A stretch of DNA of 63,861 nt, filler included, from Choristocarpus tenellus KU-1152 (Eukaryota > Protista > Phaeophyceae), in NCBI GenBank assembly GCA_964200185.2. It is 10 parts of 10 records of this genome, joined end to end, with 100 filler letters (N's around TTAATTAATTAA, not from the genome) between each part and the next. Parts side by side here need not be neighbours in the genome. Positions count along the whole stretch, not along the records: positions 14,086 to 21,209 come from CAXNAD020006653.1; positions 21,310 to 28,724 come from CAXNAD020006192.1; 8 more parts are not named here. One strand, given 5' to 3'. Shown one piece after another: positions 14,132 to 28,200 of the stretch. Under the pieces are notes generated by a model, which was not told the DNA's origin, searched no databases, and saw nothing but the letters and a program-made list of their open reading frames with translations. A program made the position numbers and the translations under genes. Positions within the stretch are counted from its first letter, which is position 1. Every line of letters starts with the position of its first letter.

Positions 14132-16039
14132 CGGGATAGTTCAACACTAAACACGGTACAGATGCCGAGAACCTCATTGTTGGTGGAGACGATCAAAGGT
14201 GAGCAAGATACAGTACACGTTGAGGAATCCAACACCAGAGGAAGAGGGGTGCCTCCATAGGGACTGCAAGGTTCCTCCTCAACAGACCATCGTCACCAAG
14301 GTGGGTACCCTCCATCCATACACTCCTCATCATCACATGTTTGACCTCTCTTTCCAATGAGGAGACGTATTTGTCCATTTCTGGATTTAACACCTCCGTA
14401 TCCGAAAGTGATATATGACCATAATATCTCCCTATACAACGAGAAAACACAAGATAGACAAATCACCGATACACACTTCTCCACCAAACACCACCCCAGG
14501 AGTTTCACCACATACATTTCAACATTTTCTGTATCTCTGTGTTGAACGTCGAAGGCACGCCAAACAACAGACTATTGCCAAGTTTATATCACTGCCTACA
14601 TCAATATCCTCCCTGTAACAATCATATGGCAATTAGATCGTTCACAATATTCTGTTCCCGTACTCACAGAGACGAAGATATACCACTAACTTTCCACCAT
14701 ACACCAACACCATATCCCTTAGGACTGGATAGACAGCGAAGGCAGAATGCACAGTAAGACATGCGCGAAACCTCTCCGGACTGACACCATCAGAAGGCAG
14801 GAGATCATATATCTGACGGCTTACAAAATCAATAGGGTTGGGCGACACAATGACTGCGTCCCCAAGTTCAGTGGCATCAAGTCGTGCACAGGTTCTTCAC
14901 TAGTCCACAGGCCAATGGCAACTCTTCGTTAAGGCAGTCGACTGATACTTGACGAGTTGCAGTGGCACTGTGGGATTTGGCGGTACAAGTATGTCAAGTA
15001 TGCACAATGCAACTAACTCCATTCAAACGCGGCCCGAACAACCCCAAATGCTTCCTCTGAAAGCATTGACGTCAATACGTATACGGCAAGAAATAAAATA
15101 CATTAAAACGCTACAAACCCACCCCCTCCTCTCCTCCTCCAATATGTCATACCTTGGTGTTGATATTATTCCAACCAACCGTTCATAAAATTCAAGGCCT
15201 TAATACCTAATGGAGTACTAGGTATATCATGAATGAAAGTGTCTAAAGAGGGTAGAGCTTGGGGACCAAAATCCAATGTTGCGATTTTGATGCAATTTTG
15301 ACTATCGTCTTTGTTAGGAAGAGTCAATATCCCTGTTCCAGATACACCTTTTCATAACATACACATTTTATCTACTCCGAAACATTTCGGAGTAGGAAAA
15401 CGTTATAAAAACACTTGCGAAGCCAAGTCCCAAACGGACAAACAGGTCAAACCTCGTACCCTCTAAGGTACTTTCATTCTCATTGCTTATTTCAGGGAGA
15501 CAAATTACAGTGTGAATGATGCATTGGGGGATGTGTGACATGGTAGCTTGAGATGGTGGGTTTCACACTACTCCTGGCATATATCATTTCATACTCATTG
15601 TCGATTTCGTGGAGGAATGAAAGGTATTGCAATTTGGGGGGACAAATTGTCAAGGTCGGGTTTCATTTAGCTTAAGTAATGGTATAGAAGGTATATAAAT
15701 ATGGCGCATAGATTCTCGTGTTCAACTTTGGAACTAGCACTTACATTTTATTATGCATCAACACCACAAAAAAGAGACATCGCCATAACTGGAGCTTTAG
15801 CATTTGAATTCCAGTTTATCGTCACACTGCACTACCTGCCTCTTTGCAAGCCATGAAATCAAACAGTACATATTCCTAGACGTGTGGTGCATGCGGCAGA
15901 GAATGAATACTACTACGGTGTATACTTGGCAAATCCATCAAGACAATCCCTTTTTATACCTCATTGAATCAGACAGCCCACACGGTTTGAGATATGGAAG
16001 ACGGGGAAGAGGAAGAAGTGAATACAATATATGCAACAT

Positions 16040-16301
16040 GAGTCAAAGTGCCTTAGAGGGTAGAGCCGTGTCCATTTGGGGGGCCAAAATCCAATGCTGC
16101 AATTTTGATAAAATTTTGGCTACATGTTTTGTTAAGAGATGTCAATATCCTTATTCCAGACACCCCTTTTCATAACGTATACATTTTACCGACTTCGAAA
16201 CATTTTGGAGTAGGTAAAATGTCACAAAAAAAAACGTGGGAAGCCAAGCCCCAAATGGACAAAACAGGGCAAAACTCGTATCCTCTAAGATACTTTCACT
16301 C
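16040..16301 (+). mobile_element. MITE family B (~260 bp; GAG...CTC termini, 4-bp TSD, Sola2-like); other copies 15231-15479, 18355-18615, 20057-20314, 31134-31395, ~31604-31843, ~32550-32752, ~33789-34028, 34046-34216, 59620-59878, ~60860-61118
   Basis: TIR gag(c/t)(c/g)aaagtatcttagagggta...taccctctaagatactttcactc; TSDs acat/acat, tcat/tcat, ccaa/ccaa, ggat/ggat. Confidence 0.9.
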
Positions 16302-17279
16302 ACATAAAAATTTTACATGCTTCATGCGACATACAATCTTGCAATTATATAAAAGGTGAGCGAAAGTAACTTAAGAGGGTACGAGCGTTGTGAATAACTT
16401 TGATTCAATAAATTCGTGATTAATCGAGACTGAAAATCAAGGTAAAAAGAATACATTGAACTTGGTTGGGGTTTTTTTGGTGGGTCTGAACTACACACTC
16501 TACTCCAGAAGCCCTAAGGACACTGGCATTTCACACACCTTGATTTGTGTACTCCTTGATATTACATTTCATTTTAGCACAAGAACTATTCTATTGGCCA
16601 TTCAAGTTGATATATATTGGTATGTGTTCAAAAGTGCTTTGGGTTTACAATAATAGCCTCTATACTTACCACTAAGGAGTTAAAAATTTTCGCAGTTGGC
16701 AAATCCCACAACACCTTGCTGTGGAGATCTACCTGGTCCAGACTGCTACAACTTGGCTATCCCTAACCCTTACCCTATCTGTGACTGCACTAGTTCCTAG
16801 AGATTTATTGTGTGATAATCCAAAGGCTTGGCAATGGTTACTAATGCTGGGTGTACGTTACTGACAGCAAATGACTTTGCACTGCTGTTGTGTTCCAGCC
16901 ATATTTGTACAAGATTACTACAAGAATGAATAGTTTGCTGGCCCACTTGATGTTTGGTAGTCATCACGTGCATGGCACTCGCTGATGCACCAACAATTGA
17001 AGTAGTTGAAATAAACTGCTAAACAGGAAATGGAATGGCTCAAAGTATCTGGGAGGGGGTGGCGGCTGTCCATTTCGGGTCAAATTTTTCATATCGCGAT
17101 TTTTGTGTGATTTGGCTGCCATATGTCAGATGGATAATGCAAATGCACTTTTCCCGATTTTGGTCCAAATGTACACCCTCGTGTAGACGCCCCCACCCCC
17201 CCAGATACTTTGGGTCGAATGCTACGGGTCTAGGAAATCTTCTAACTGAGACGAAACTTAGCCTAGTGGGGACGAGATA

Positions 17280-17650
17280 ATCTTCCACAATTTCAAAATG
17301 ATTGTGTTGACCATGTGGAACCAGGAAGATTCACCACAGGCCTAGAGGGATGCGAAAGTGCTTTTCAAGGTTACTTCGAAACAACTGGAAGATTACCTGG
17401 AACAGGAGAACATATTTCATGAGGAACAACATGGTTTCCGGCCCTACATGGACATGATGTATGTACATACCGTACAAGGGCTCATTCAGAGCAAGTATGT
17501 CCCCCTTTCGTGTATTTCATTGACATACAAAAATCGTAACTCCATTGACCACGGTCTCCTGTAGGTTGTTCTTGCCAAGTTTGAAGTGACAGAGAGGACC
17601 ACCCTAGTCATCTGTCAATTCCGTGATGGAATACAGGCATGTGCCAACAG
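17280..17650 (+). mobile_element. Degenerate RTE-type LINE reverse transcriptase fragment
   Basis: KVLFKVTSKQLEDYLEQENIFHEEQHGFRP..MDMMYV, then FIDIQKS..SIDHGLL*VVLAKF..ICQFRDG with stops and frameshifts. Confidence 0.8.
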
Positions 17651-18802
17651 AGATATAGAGTGTCACACTACAGTGCTTGGAACGTTGGCAGAGTGCTGGG
17701 TAGGGCGAAAGCTTGGCAAACTCAACTGATATATGTGGCGATGACGCAACTGGGCGCGAAAACATGTGAAAATTGGAAGAAATATAATATTCTCACATTT
17801 TGAGCCTGGAAAGTGGCACATACATTGATGGGAAAAGCGTGATTTTGGAATTCTGTCGAAATGCATGATCTTGTATCTTGTTTTTCTTCATTTGTTCCAC
17901 GCCCCTTGTATCATCCCCAACACTCCCCAAAAAGGTGTGGGTCCGAAGAAAAGAGGTCGATTTGTCCCGTCTCTAATTTCTGATGACATGGTCTTGTTCC
18001 TTGAACGTCTTGCCCCCTAATATGCCACGACTAAAAAATGCATTTAATGAACTGCGAAATTCTCACAGGCTTAGTTAGTAGTAGTACATCAGCAAAACTT
18101 GCACCAGCAAAACTTGTGCCAGTAGAACTTTGAGCTGGTTTCCCACTTTCAGCACATTTATGTTGTTGTTTTCCTAGGGATAAAGGCCATGGAGAACCAC
18201 AACTCAAAAAATCTTGCATACGAATTGTAAATTTCTCGCGAGCTTAGATATATTTCATCACCAAAACTTGCTGCAGTAGGACTTTGGGTTGGTTTCCCAC
18301 TTTAAGCACATTCATGATGTGCTTCCTGGTGAGGAAGAACTCTTCTAACTCATAGAGCGGAAGAATCTTAGAAGGTAGAGCCGCGTCCATTTGGGGGCCA
18401 AAATCCAATGTTGCGATTTTGATGTAATTTTTGCTATCGTCTTCGTTAGGAGCGTCAATATCCACATTTTGGATACACCTTTTCATAACATACACACTTT
18501 ACCTACTCCTAATCATTTTGGAGTATGAAAATGTCATAAAAGAACCCATGGGAAGCCAAGCACCAAATGGACAACAAACAGGACAAAACTCTTACCCTCC
18601 AAGATACTTTCACTCATAGCACAGTCTGTCCTCGTATCAAACTCTTGACAAAACTAACAAAATGCAAACGCAAATTGGGCCATTACACTGTAGTATTGAC
18701 AACAAATATATATTTGGTAGAAAATCAGTTAAGCAATTAGAACATACTACATGTATTACATTGTTCAAAATGCTTACAAAAATGAGGATTACTGTATCCC
18801 CA

Positions 18803-21119
18803 CTACAGTGATGGCCCTGCACGAAGGGTCTCGATGTCACTGGATGAAGTTGCCAAGTAGTATGTGGTGTCAGAACCGTAAGATACGGTGTTACCAAGAG
18901 TTACCCCTGACATATCCACCTGCACATAGAATGCGCATGGAGGGCTCGTCACTTTTTTGTTGTGCAGTAAGCAACACCACGGATAGTAATCTACCAATTT
19001 GGGTGGACGCCACACCACCACACATAACACCTGAAATATGGACAGAAAACTCATCATTATTGCAACTGCAGTCGAAGTATCTTTCTTAGAATGAATATCA
19101 CTCACAATGGTGCCGGTTGGGACGGTCAAGGGGATGTTTCCGGACGTTCCACTGGTAGTAAGGCTCGCAACTGTGAATGCACCTAAACATAAGGAAGTAA
19201 ACAGGAAGGACAGGTGAAGGTACCAGTTAGGTCATCTTGCCGTATGCACCTTAGCACAGGTTGAGCTCAAATGTGGTTTATCTGACTACCACAACCCTAC
19301 TTCTGTTTCAAAGAACTACTGGACTATATCACTCTACTGAAGCTCAGATGCATACTAGAGCCAAGGTCAACCAATGTTCAATCAGGGCAACAGACCTGGC
19401 AACACTCGAAAGGAGTCAAGTAGTAGTGTATTTGCACTATACATCATTGTTCTTCAAGCACTCACTGTTCCACAGCATAGGAGGAAACAATGGTTACAGC
19501 GGTAACATATTGAGGTCGCAGCCAAGGGCGTGTACGTGACATGAATTTGGCATATGCATTGCATATAGTTCCTCTAATGTCCACAAATATACAACAACGC
19601 AGAGAGGAAAAAAAGGGTACAATTCTGATTGAAAAATATGACACCTCAATGAGAATCAGGCCAAAGTTCAAGACCTGGAATGTACAGTAGTGCTCAACGT
19701 TGATGGAAACAATGAGCATTTGCCTGTCACAAGGTCTTCTCCACTACCCCCAAATATTAAGGATCAACAACACTTGAAATCCACCTCTCACAGATTCCAA
19801 CACATCCTCACCACTGACTTCCTTGGTGACCCTTAGTAAAGGTGCAGCATTGTCCATTGTCTCATGGGAGTTAAAGTTCTCGCAGAGATGATCAAATTTA
19901 AGGGTCTGGGATGCAGTTTTATGGGTATTCGAGGGAGGGCAAAACAGGGTAAAAAAGGTATAGATGAGGATTGGAGAAGGAACATGCACCTAGAAGAGCA
20001 GTGGTGACTACACTGGAATTTCACAAGTTTCAGACGAGAGTTCAAATGAACACCAAGAGCCAAAGTATCTAAGAGAAAAGAGCCACGTCCATTTGGGGGC
20101 CAAAATCCAATGTTGCGATTTTGACGTAATTTTGGCTATTGTGTTTGTTAGAAAGTGCCAATATTCTTATGCTGGACACATGTTTTCATAATGTACACAT
20201 TTTACCTACTCTGAAATATTTAGGAGTAGGAAAATGTCATAAAAACCCCGAGGGAAGTCAAGCCCGAAATGGACAAACAGGGCAAAACTCGAACCCTCTA
20301 AGATACTTTCACTCCCAAGCCAACTATTGAAGATGAGCTTGAATCTCTGCCTATCAAGAATCTGTATTATGTCGACACAACAGTTATATCTTAAACTCAG
20401 GTTGGAGCACTGGATGGTAAAGGTATGTCCTACATCTCACATATTTTCTACCACGCAATAACAACAGGGATGGTACAGATCCTAACGTTTGGTTGTGGGG
20501 CAATTCACCTGCCTCACGCTTTGAGCATATCTAGTTCGAGAGGAGCTTCTACATCACCTGAACAGGAAAGCTGATGAACGAAGTGATCTCCTCCATCATC
20601 TGCTCCATCCAGTATGCAAGGAGGGAAATGCTGGCACCATTGATGGTGGTGGGGATTACATTGACCTGCAGTGGCGCAATGAAATCAAGACAGAAGAAAA
20701 GAAGAGCAGACAATGTACAATGAGTGAGTGAGTGAGTGAGGCATGTGGCGGGGAAAAATATTGTACAGCAAGGTAAATCAGTCATTCATACTCCAGGGTA
20801 CAAGTTATTCACTACAAAGGGAAACTGGGGCCGACCGACAATTGTCTTTACTCCATAACCCAATGAAACAGGTGTGAATGCAAAGCACACAACAAAGAGT
20901 TGAAATTTGGACTGAAAAATATCCTTTGCTGCTCCAAACAACACTTAGCACCTTAGAGTGATGCACATGCTTCATAAAAGAGACGTAGCATACCTGGTGG
21001 AACATGTACTTGTCACGGTAGCCCCCAAGGATCTGCCTCGTTGTGGCCTCCTTTTCCCAGGCAATGAGGTTGTCCAGGGATCCAAAGGACTGGATGTCGC
21101 CATCACACAGACTGCAGGT
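18803..21119 (-). CDS. Agd3-like (CE18-type) polysaccharide deacetylase, C-terminal five exons (~21111/21119-20994, 20665-20558, 19905-19785, 19182-19106, 18919-18803), 5'-truncated
   Basis: Phase-consistent GT-AG exons give ...EKEATTRQILGGYRDKYMFHQVNVIPTTINGASISLLAYWMEQMMEEITSFISFPVQTLKFDHLCENF...IPLTVPTG...SYGSDTTYYL*, resembling the Agd3 motif series YMFHQAN / SLLxxW / WPxxxLKHD / IPVTVP / GSD. Confidence 0.7.
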
Positions 21120-22240
21120 CTTGGGTGGGAAAGAGGGAATGCACAATGAGGTCCATGGGTGTGAGGTGTGAGGTTTCAACATTGGCATCAGGGTCAAAGT
21201 ATCTGAGGGNNNNNNNNNNNNNNNNNNNNNNNNNNNNNNNNNNNNNNNNNNNNTTAATTAATTAANNNNNNNNNNNNNNNNNNNNNNNNNNNNNNNNNNN
21301 NNNNNNNNNGTTTATCACCTTTATCCTCTTTGATGATTTTGGGGATACTTTAACAAATGCACCCTTGCCGTCAGCGCCCGCGACTTGCTACAGTGCCAAG
21401 CACTGCCCCCCACACGTTTGCACTCATCGTCGAGTTCGGGATCCTTTACGCCACATATACCATGGAGGTACCCACCACACTTACGTCACTTGTGGATTGT
21501 GTAGAAAGGCGGACACGGTGTGTTTGATGGCATCTTGCAGAGATTTCCCGCTTCACAAGGCATGGCTTCCACTATATTCCCCTACCAGCAACGTACTGTA
21601 CTGCTGTATGGTAGCATGACCCAGGAAGAAGCGCACTTCTCGCGAGAAATTATTGCGCGCGCGCCACTTTCGCATTAATATCTCTGGGAGTTTGTGCCAA
21701 CTCGCCCGAATACGAGAATTCCGGTACAAGAGTTTATTTCTTTGAGCATGTCGAAAAAAGCGACAAAATTGAATATTTTTGGTTTGGTTCGTAATATTTG
21801 GCCCAAAATAGGGTAACCTACGGTATATGTATTGAGATAAAAAATGGTAGTTTCCCAAACTTTCCAAGAAAATCAGAAAAAATAATAATTTGGACTCTTT
21901 TTTTGTTCTCTAACCAATATTCAATGTTCCTAAAATGATAACATTCCATTGGTTGGTGATCCCTCCGCCACATCTCTTTCGAGGTTTCGAGATCAAAATG
22001 CCTCCGATTTACTCGAACGTGACGGGTGACCACTATTCACATCTACTTAGACCTATCTACTCTTCTACAACAAACGCCGAAAAGTTGCCACACAAACTCC
22101 GCAAGACAGAATACTCAGTGTCTTATTACTCTAACAAGGAGCGCTTGAGAGACACAGGCAGGAAAATTAATATCGCTTCGCCCACCCTCTAGCCGACGTG
22201 GGTAAATCTCCATAAAGAGAGGCAGTAACCAGCAGTCAAA

Positions 22241-25200
22241 ATGGCTCGCCGGCTCCAGAAGGTGAATGAACTATCCAGAATACATAAACCTCCTACTTTG
22301 CTGATTTCTCTTGATGATGTGAAGGCTGTGCTTCCCCTTCGCCGTTATGGTTTGTAGTTTCGATCGTTTACAAGTAACACTATTTGTGGACCACGTTCAA
22401 CGTTATGCAGGCGAATTTCGCCACATATGGAGCAGGGGTCTAAAGTGGTGTCAATGGCAATTTTGGGTATCCTTTGTATGGATAGGTTTAATATTTTTTC
22501 TCACTGGTGAATATGTGAAGGTCAAAGTGGAGGGACCTTTGCCCTCTTGATCCGAAGTGAAAGTTTTGGTTTGGCGAGCGTTTTTCTGGTGACTTTTTTG
22601 GTGTAAGTTACAATTAAGGCTGTGCCCTAATAATCGCCTGTTGCCTACCAGCCCCTCGTATGGTGTATGCAGGCGTAAACTAGCAAAGCGTTGCGCTTTC
22701 GATGGGAATGAATAATATCTTGCATTGTCTAGAACATGACTCAAACATCAGTACCGTGCTGGGGGGGGGGATTTGGAGCCTCCAGCGCCAATATGTGCCA
22801 CGTCCATGTGCCACATCTCCCCTCTTGCCACTTTTTTGTTTTTTCCACAGCGAGTGCAGACGTGCAGACGTGGGTGCATGACTTGCCTTTATTGTGATGG
22901 ATTCATGGAAACACGAGCGTTGTAGTTTATTTTTTGTGCTCCAGAATACTTACAGAAATGTGACCCCACTTCTCAAGAGTCTCGAACATATTCGCCTCTG
23001 CTCGTTCCTGTCTCATTATGGTTTTGGGTCACTATTCAATTGTCTTGTCCTTTCATCAATGGGGCACTCTTCCTTGGCTTCAGAAGTTGAAGGGTTGGAA
23101 CCCCCTCTTGGCATTGCGGCTAATTGACGCAAGATCTTGCGCACATAGCGCACTGCAGTGTTATTCTGTCTGTCGTCTTTGCTGGTTTGCCTTTCTGATA
23201 GTAGTAGTGAATAAAATATATTGTTATGCAAGAAAATACAACACAACTTAGAACTTGGGGCTCATTTTTATCTGTGTGTACAAATGCCCACAACTGTGGT
23301 GTGAGAAATGTGATGCAATATTTTCTGCCCCCGGCATGCCTCTGTTAATATACAAGTAACTTTAAATTCGGGAAGGGAGGAGATTGATGTACATCGAATG
23401 TCATCCAGGGTTTGGGATTTGACAGAATATAAAATAATGTAAGAATGGTAGTTGTGGATCATGTATCCACAAAAAATGTTTGCAAGAGAGTGAAAACAGG
23501 GCACAAAACATACGCTTGCAGGGCAAAGATGTGGCACTGGTCTGTTTTTCCAGATTAGGATACACTGGTGATACAAGGTCGAGTGCACGGGGAAAGTGTG
23601 AATTTGATAAGAAACGCAGTCTGGCTTGTTAGAAAAGATGTTTTGTTCAGGATTTGTAGTAGAGATGCTCATTGAGAATTTGGTTTCATGTGTAAAGTGT
23701 AAATGACTGGCAACGAAAGCGATGCAACTCTGTCCCTTACACTTTTTGAAGCATTTTTAAGGGATTAATACCCATTGGTTAAAAAATATAATACCGTGGT
23801 TAGAGTCAAGGGTTGTGGATGCATTGCCTAATAGGTAGAAACCCTAGTAATCTCAGTGCCACATGTGAATCTTGCGCCTTCACCAGCTCACATGCCTCTC
23901 CAACCCAAATCTTGACAAGGGACTCTAAGCTCTACCTCGCAAGAAGTATTGGCCTTCTCAACAGCCAGCAATCTTCACTAGAAGCCCCTCTTTCCCCTTC
24001 CCGCTTGCCACCCAGGAGCTTGCGGAGCTGCGAAAGAATAAATTGGAATGGTGCGACATCCAGCCTATGGATGATGACATTTTGAGGTGGACGGCCATGC
24101 TGGTGGGACCGGTGAGCCACCACTGACCAAATTTTGGTCCAGTGTGGTGTTGTGGCGAGTGTTGCTGGATGTTAGAGTACGAAACAGATGGGGCCTCACA
24201 TTTTTCCTCAAAATGTCAATCCACATGTGGGAGGAGGGTTGGTGGGGGTGGGAAGATGAAGGAAGGACCTTTGTGCAATCAGAATGCAAAATAGGATCTT
24301 GTCGAAGTTTCCTCCATGTGAAGCTACTTGATAAAATACAATATTCATTTCTAGCTCCTCGATGGATTTATGGGTGCACTTTACAGTACTTGAGTGTATG
24401 AAGTACAATGGGAAAAGTTCTTCTACTTCTTTTCCCCCCTCTCTACTCCACATACCCTGCTATGTTGTTTATACATACATTTTCTGCTTAGTGGGAATCA
24501 AAATGGTCATGATTGACTGTAGAACTCTACGATGGTTGGTCCTTTCTCCATCCAACACAGAATGAAATGGGGTTTGAAGTGGTTCAAGACTTTTGGTAGT
24601 GTTGTGAATCAAAAATTGAATCATATGTTAGTGTAATTTGAGTCAACTTGAAAATTTGTTCATTGTACTTGATTATAATTGAAATGTAAACGCAGTGCAC
24701 CATTTGAGGTGTGTTTTTAGTGAGCTATGTTATTAGTTGCCAACCGTTTGAGGTTTGTTATTAGTTGCCAACCTCCGCAAGCATATTCCATCGCACTCAT
24801 TTTTGCATAGGAGAAAATTGAAATCTACCCTCAATTCTTGGTCTTGATTTTTGATTGAGTGCATTTTATCAAATTACAGCAATTCGATCACAGGACAATA
24901 CTGTACTGGTGGTGGAAGATGAGATAAATACTACTGTGGAGTGGAAGGCAGTATTGGCCTCATACAAGCTGGGGTTGTCAAGAGATTGCTTGCTCAGCCA
25001 CTTAGGATTTACTGAGAGCAATACCTCACGAATAGACCTCTATTCACTCCAAAGCCTTCAGTAAATTGTTATCAGGAAAAAAATGTAAAAAAATGTAAAG
25101 TGATTGTTACGCTGAAAGAAAAAATCGAGGGGGGGTTTTGTGTTTCAGGGAAAAAATAAAAATAAAATGTTAATTTCTTCTTCTTCTTCTTAGTGCCAAT

Positions 25201-28200
25201 GCACTCACGCTCACTTTATTGTATTAAAGCCTATTATTTGATTTGATTTGAATGGTTAGTTGAAGTGTAGACAGCAAAAGAACAGCAAGCAGATAGATGG
25301 TGATTTGATTATGCGTATGACATTTCACCATCTATCTGATCTGAAGGGGGGAAAACTCTGCTCTGCTGAAGTCGTTACACTGAAGTGCTTACAGCGTCAT
25401 TTGAGCTCCGTAGCGACCAAATATCACCTATCATAGCTTTGTGTTACTTAACCGCCGTCACCTGTCAAGAACTGACCTCAATTTACGAAATTATTGAAAA
25501 AAGTCAGTTTCAGAACTCACTCTGTTGATGATTTGTTTGTTACTACACTGCCCAATGTACTGGTAGAGGGTGAAAGCTTTTATAACAAGAAAATTTTCTG
25601 AGGTGTGTGGTGTCAGCTTTATTTTTTTTGCTTCAAATGATCAATTACATGTTTGATCTGAAGTTGTATCTGGTACCCGCAGGTTTCAAACATCTGGAGA
25701 GGTGTAAGGAAATTTTTCTTGTTTGTTTTTTCACTTTGTAGCAATCTTACTCAAATTTTGTGTAATTGATATTGAAATACCATTTAGGGACATTTCTTGA
25801 ACTGCAGTGTGTATCTGCCCTTGACCTGGTTGTCCAGATATCCACTTGACTTGTTGAAACAGTGTTCTCAGACATGTTTGTAAAGAATAGTCAGGGAGCA
25901 GCTGACCATAGGGTGTATATTGGTTGCAGTATGGCAAAATAGTCATTTCCAGTTGTGGGGTGCAATTATCCCAGAGCTGCTTTGCTGTTGGACCTTCAGG
26001 GAAGGGGGGTGGGGGGTGGCGGTGGTGCCACTGGGTGCACAGGGGCAAGGAGTTTGTCATATAGTGTGGATTTGAGATGAGATGGATATGGCCAGCAAGT
26101 TCAACAGTTCTTGCAATAGTGTCCACCATATTGGTGTATTTTCCTGAAAATGTAAATTGCGTAGTGTTGGTGCGATTATTAATTTGCATTAATGACATCA
26201 TGTATAGTATCTGGCGTGTGCTCTTTGTATCCCTTCTAGTGATGATTGGTGATTGATCATTGTGGTGTGTTAGTGCAAGGACTGGTTTGGTTGATGCTGT
26301 GCACCTCGGGGATGAATTTTATGGACACCTACTGTGCTACAATGCGTAAAATCCCTCTACAGGATGGTGGCAAACATACATGTAACCTGTTTATTTTGCA
26401 GGACTGGACCTTGAACACAACTATAGATGTTCAAGCTGTCGAATGGCGCCAGCTATAGTTGGTCATATCCAACTAATCTGATTCTTATTATCATTCCTAT
26501 AACTAGCATTACAGTTATGATTCCTTTCATCACTGATTCCCAGGTATTTTTAGACCAATTATACGGTTATTCTCAGCATTATAGACATGAGAGCACCCGT
26601 GTGTTATCATGCCGAAAACAAACACGGAACTTTGGAGTTGTGTGTGTGCAGAGGGTGAACCTTCAAGAGTATTTTGCCTACAGTGGAGCCCCTCAACAGG
26701 CGAGGAGGGTACAGGGGGTTTATTGACTGTGCCTCTTACCGGCCGTGTATTTGTGTACATTCATGATCGATGACCGATAGAATGAATGACAATTAACCAT
26801 ATATAATGTATAGTGTCTAAGTGAGGCCTGAACGTATTGTAATGGTCACAACTTCATGTATTATACATACATATATACACTACATGGAGATGTCTCCACA
26901 TTGGCTAGAACCAACATACACGGAACTGCCAACACTGACAATTTATTGTCTTTAGCATCTCCAAATGTCTCCCGGAATTGAAACTATTTTTTCAAGGGTA
27001 AGAGGCCATCCAGTTGATTGAGCTGTTTGCCATTGTATATGCTCTCAGTGTGGTAAGCATTGTGCAAACTTTCCTGTTGCCTCAAATGAATCAAATCCAC
27101 CTCACTCAACAATGTCATCTGTTCAACTCAGGAGGACACACCGTTTGGAGGAGGATGTTTCAACCTGGAAATAGAATTCCCGACAGAGTACCCGTTCAAG
27201 GCACCCAAGGTAGGCATAGTCACAGTACATTTGAAGTGGAATTTTCTTTGTCAAACCGATTCAACCTTACACAATTGATCTTTTGCCATAGAGGTTGATG
27301 AAGATAGTTGTCAATAAAGGAATGAATTCATCCCGTTTCTATTGCTATGCAAAAAGAAACAACTTGATGGTGGGTATTGTCTCATTTCACTCAGTCTGAT
27401 GTACTGGTATTGATGGTGCAAATGAGTGAGGAAAGCTTTGGGGTAGGTCTTTGTTGCCCCTTCAATTGCAGCTTTAATGTACACTAAAACCTCATGCTTG
27501 ACCTTTACTTGATGGCTGTATCAACTAGGTAAGCATGGCCTTTGAGAGGGAGCACATGGTGGGTGCTGTAGTAGAACTGATCGTTGTTCAACTCTTGCCA
27601 CTTTGTTCATTCCATTGCAGGTAAAGTTTGTAACACGCATCTACCATCCTAATGTGAAGACAGACTCAGGAGAGATCTGCTCAGACATACTTAATGAAAA
27701 CTGGGGCCCCACCCTCAATGTCACCTACGTGCTCAACACCATCCGTCAGGTAATATTTCATAGGGTAGTCAACACGAGGGCAGAGGTGGTGCTTGGCGGT
27801 GGTGCAGTGATCATGTTAGTTTTCTTGCCTGGGAGGCATGAGATCTTGCACCTCTCTTTTTGCTTGTCTCATGGGCACCCCTTTGATGTATATTTGCAGC
27901 AGGGCTCAAACAATGCCCATTTTTGGTGTAGGGTTGTTATTTGAGGGGGCAGGGGGGGTAATCTTGCACCCATGAAGGGAACTCACATGTCCTCGTGCCA
28001 CCACCTGTGTCTCACTTGTTCCACTGTAAAACCATCTTCATGGTTGTTTTTTAGGGTTTGGGGGTGGAGTAAAGAGGTATTTTCAGGGCAGCATGAAAGA
28101 CAAATTGTACAGGGAATATGAAACAATTCGCTGTGCACACCAAATGGTGAAATATGAACTTGAATTATTGAACACCACACTTGATATTTTCCCTGTACCA

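Noticed and set aside
21365-21619. Cys-rich ORF resembling a piggyBac C-terminal domain
   Set aside because: Too short and degenerate; no DDD core or TTAA-bounded ends identified
23060-23115. tRNA T-arm-like sequence (ggttggaacccc)
   Set aside because: No full cloverleaf or A-box
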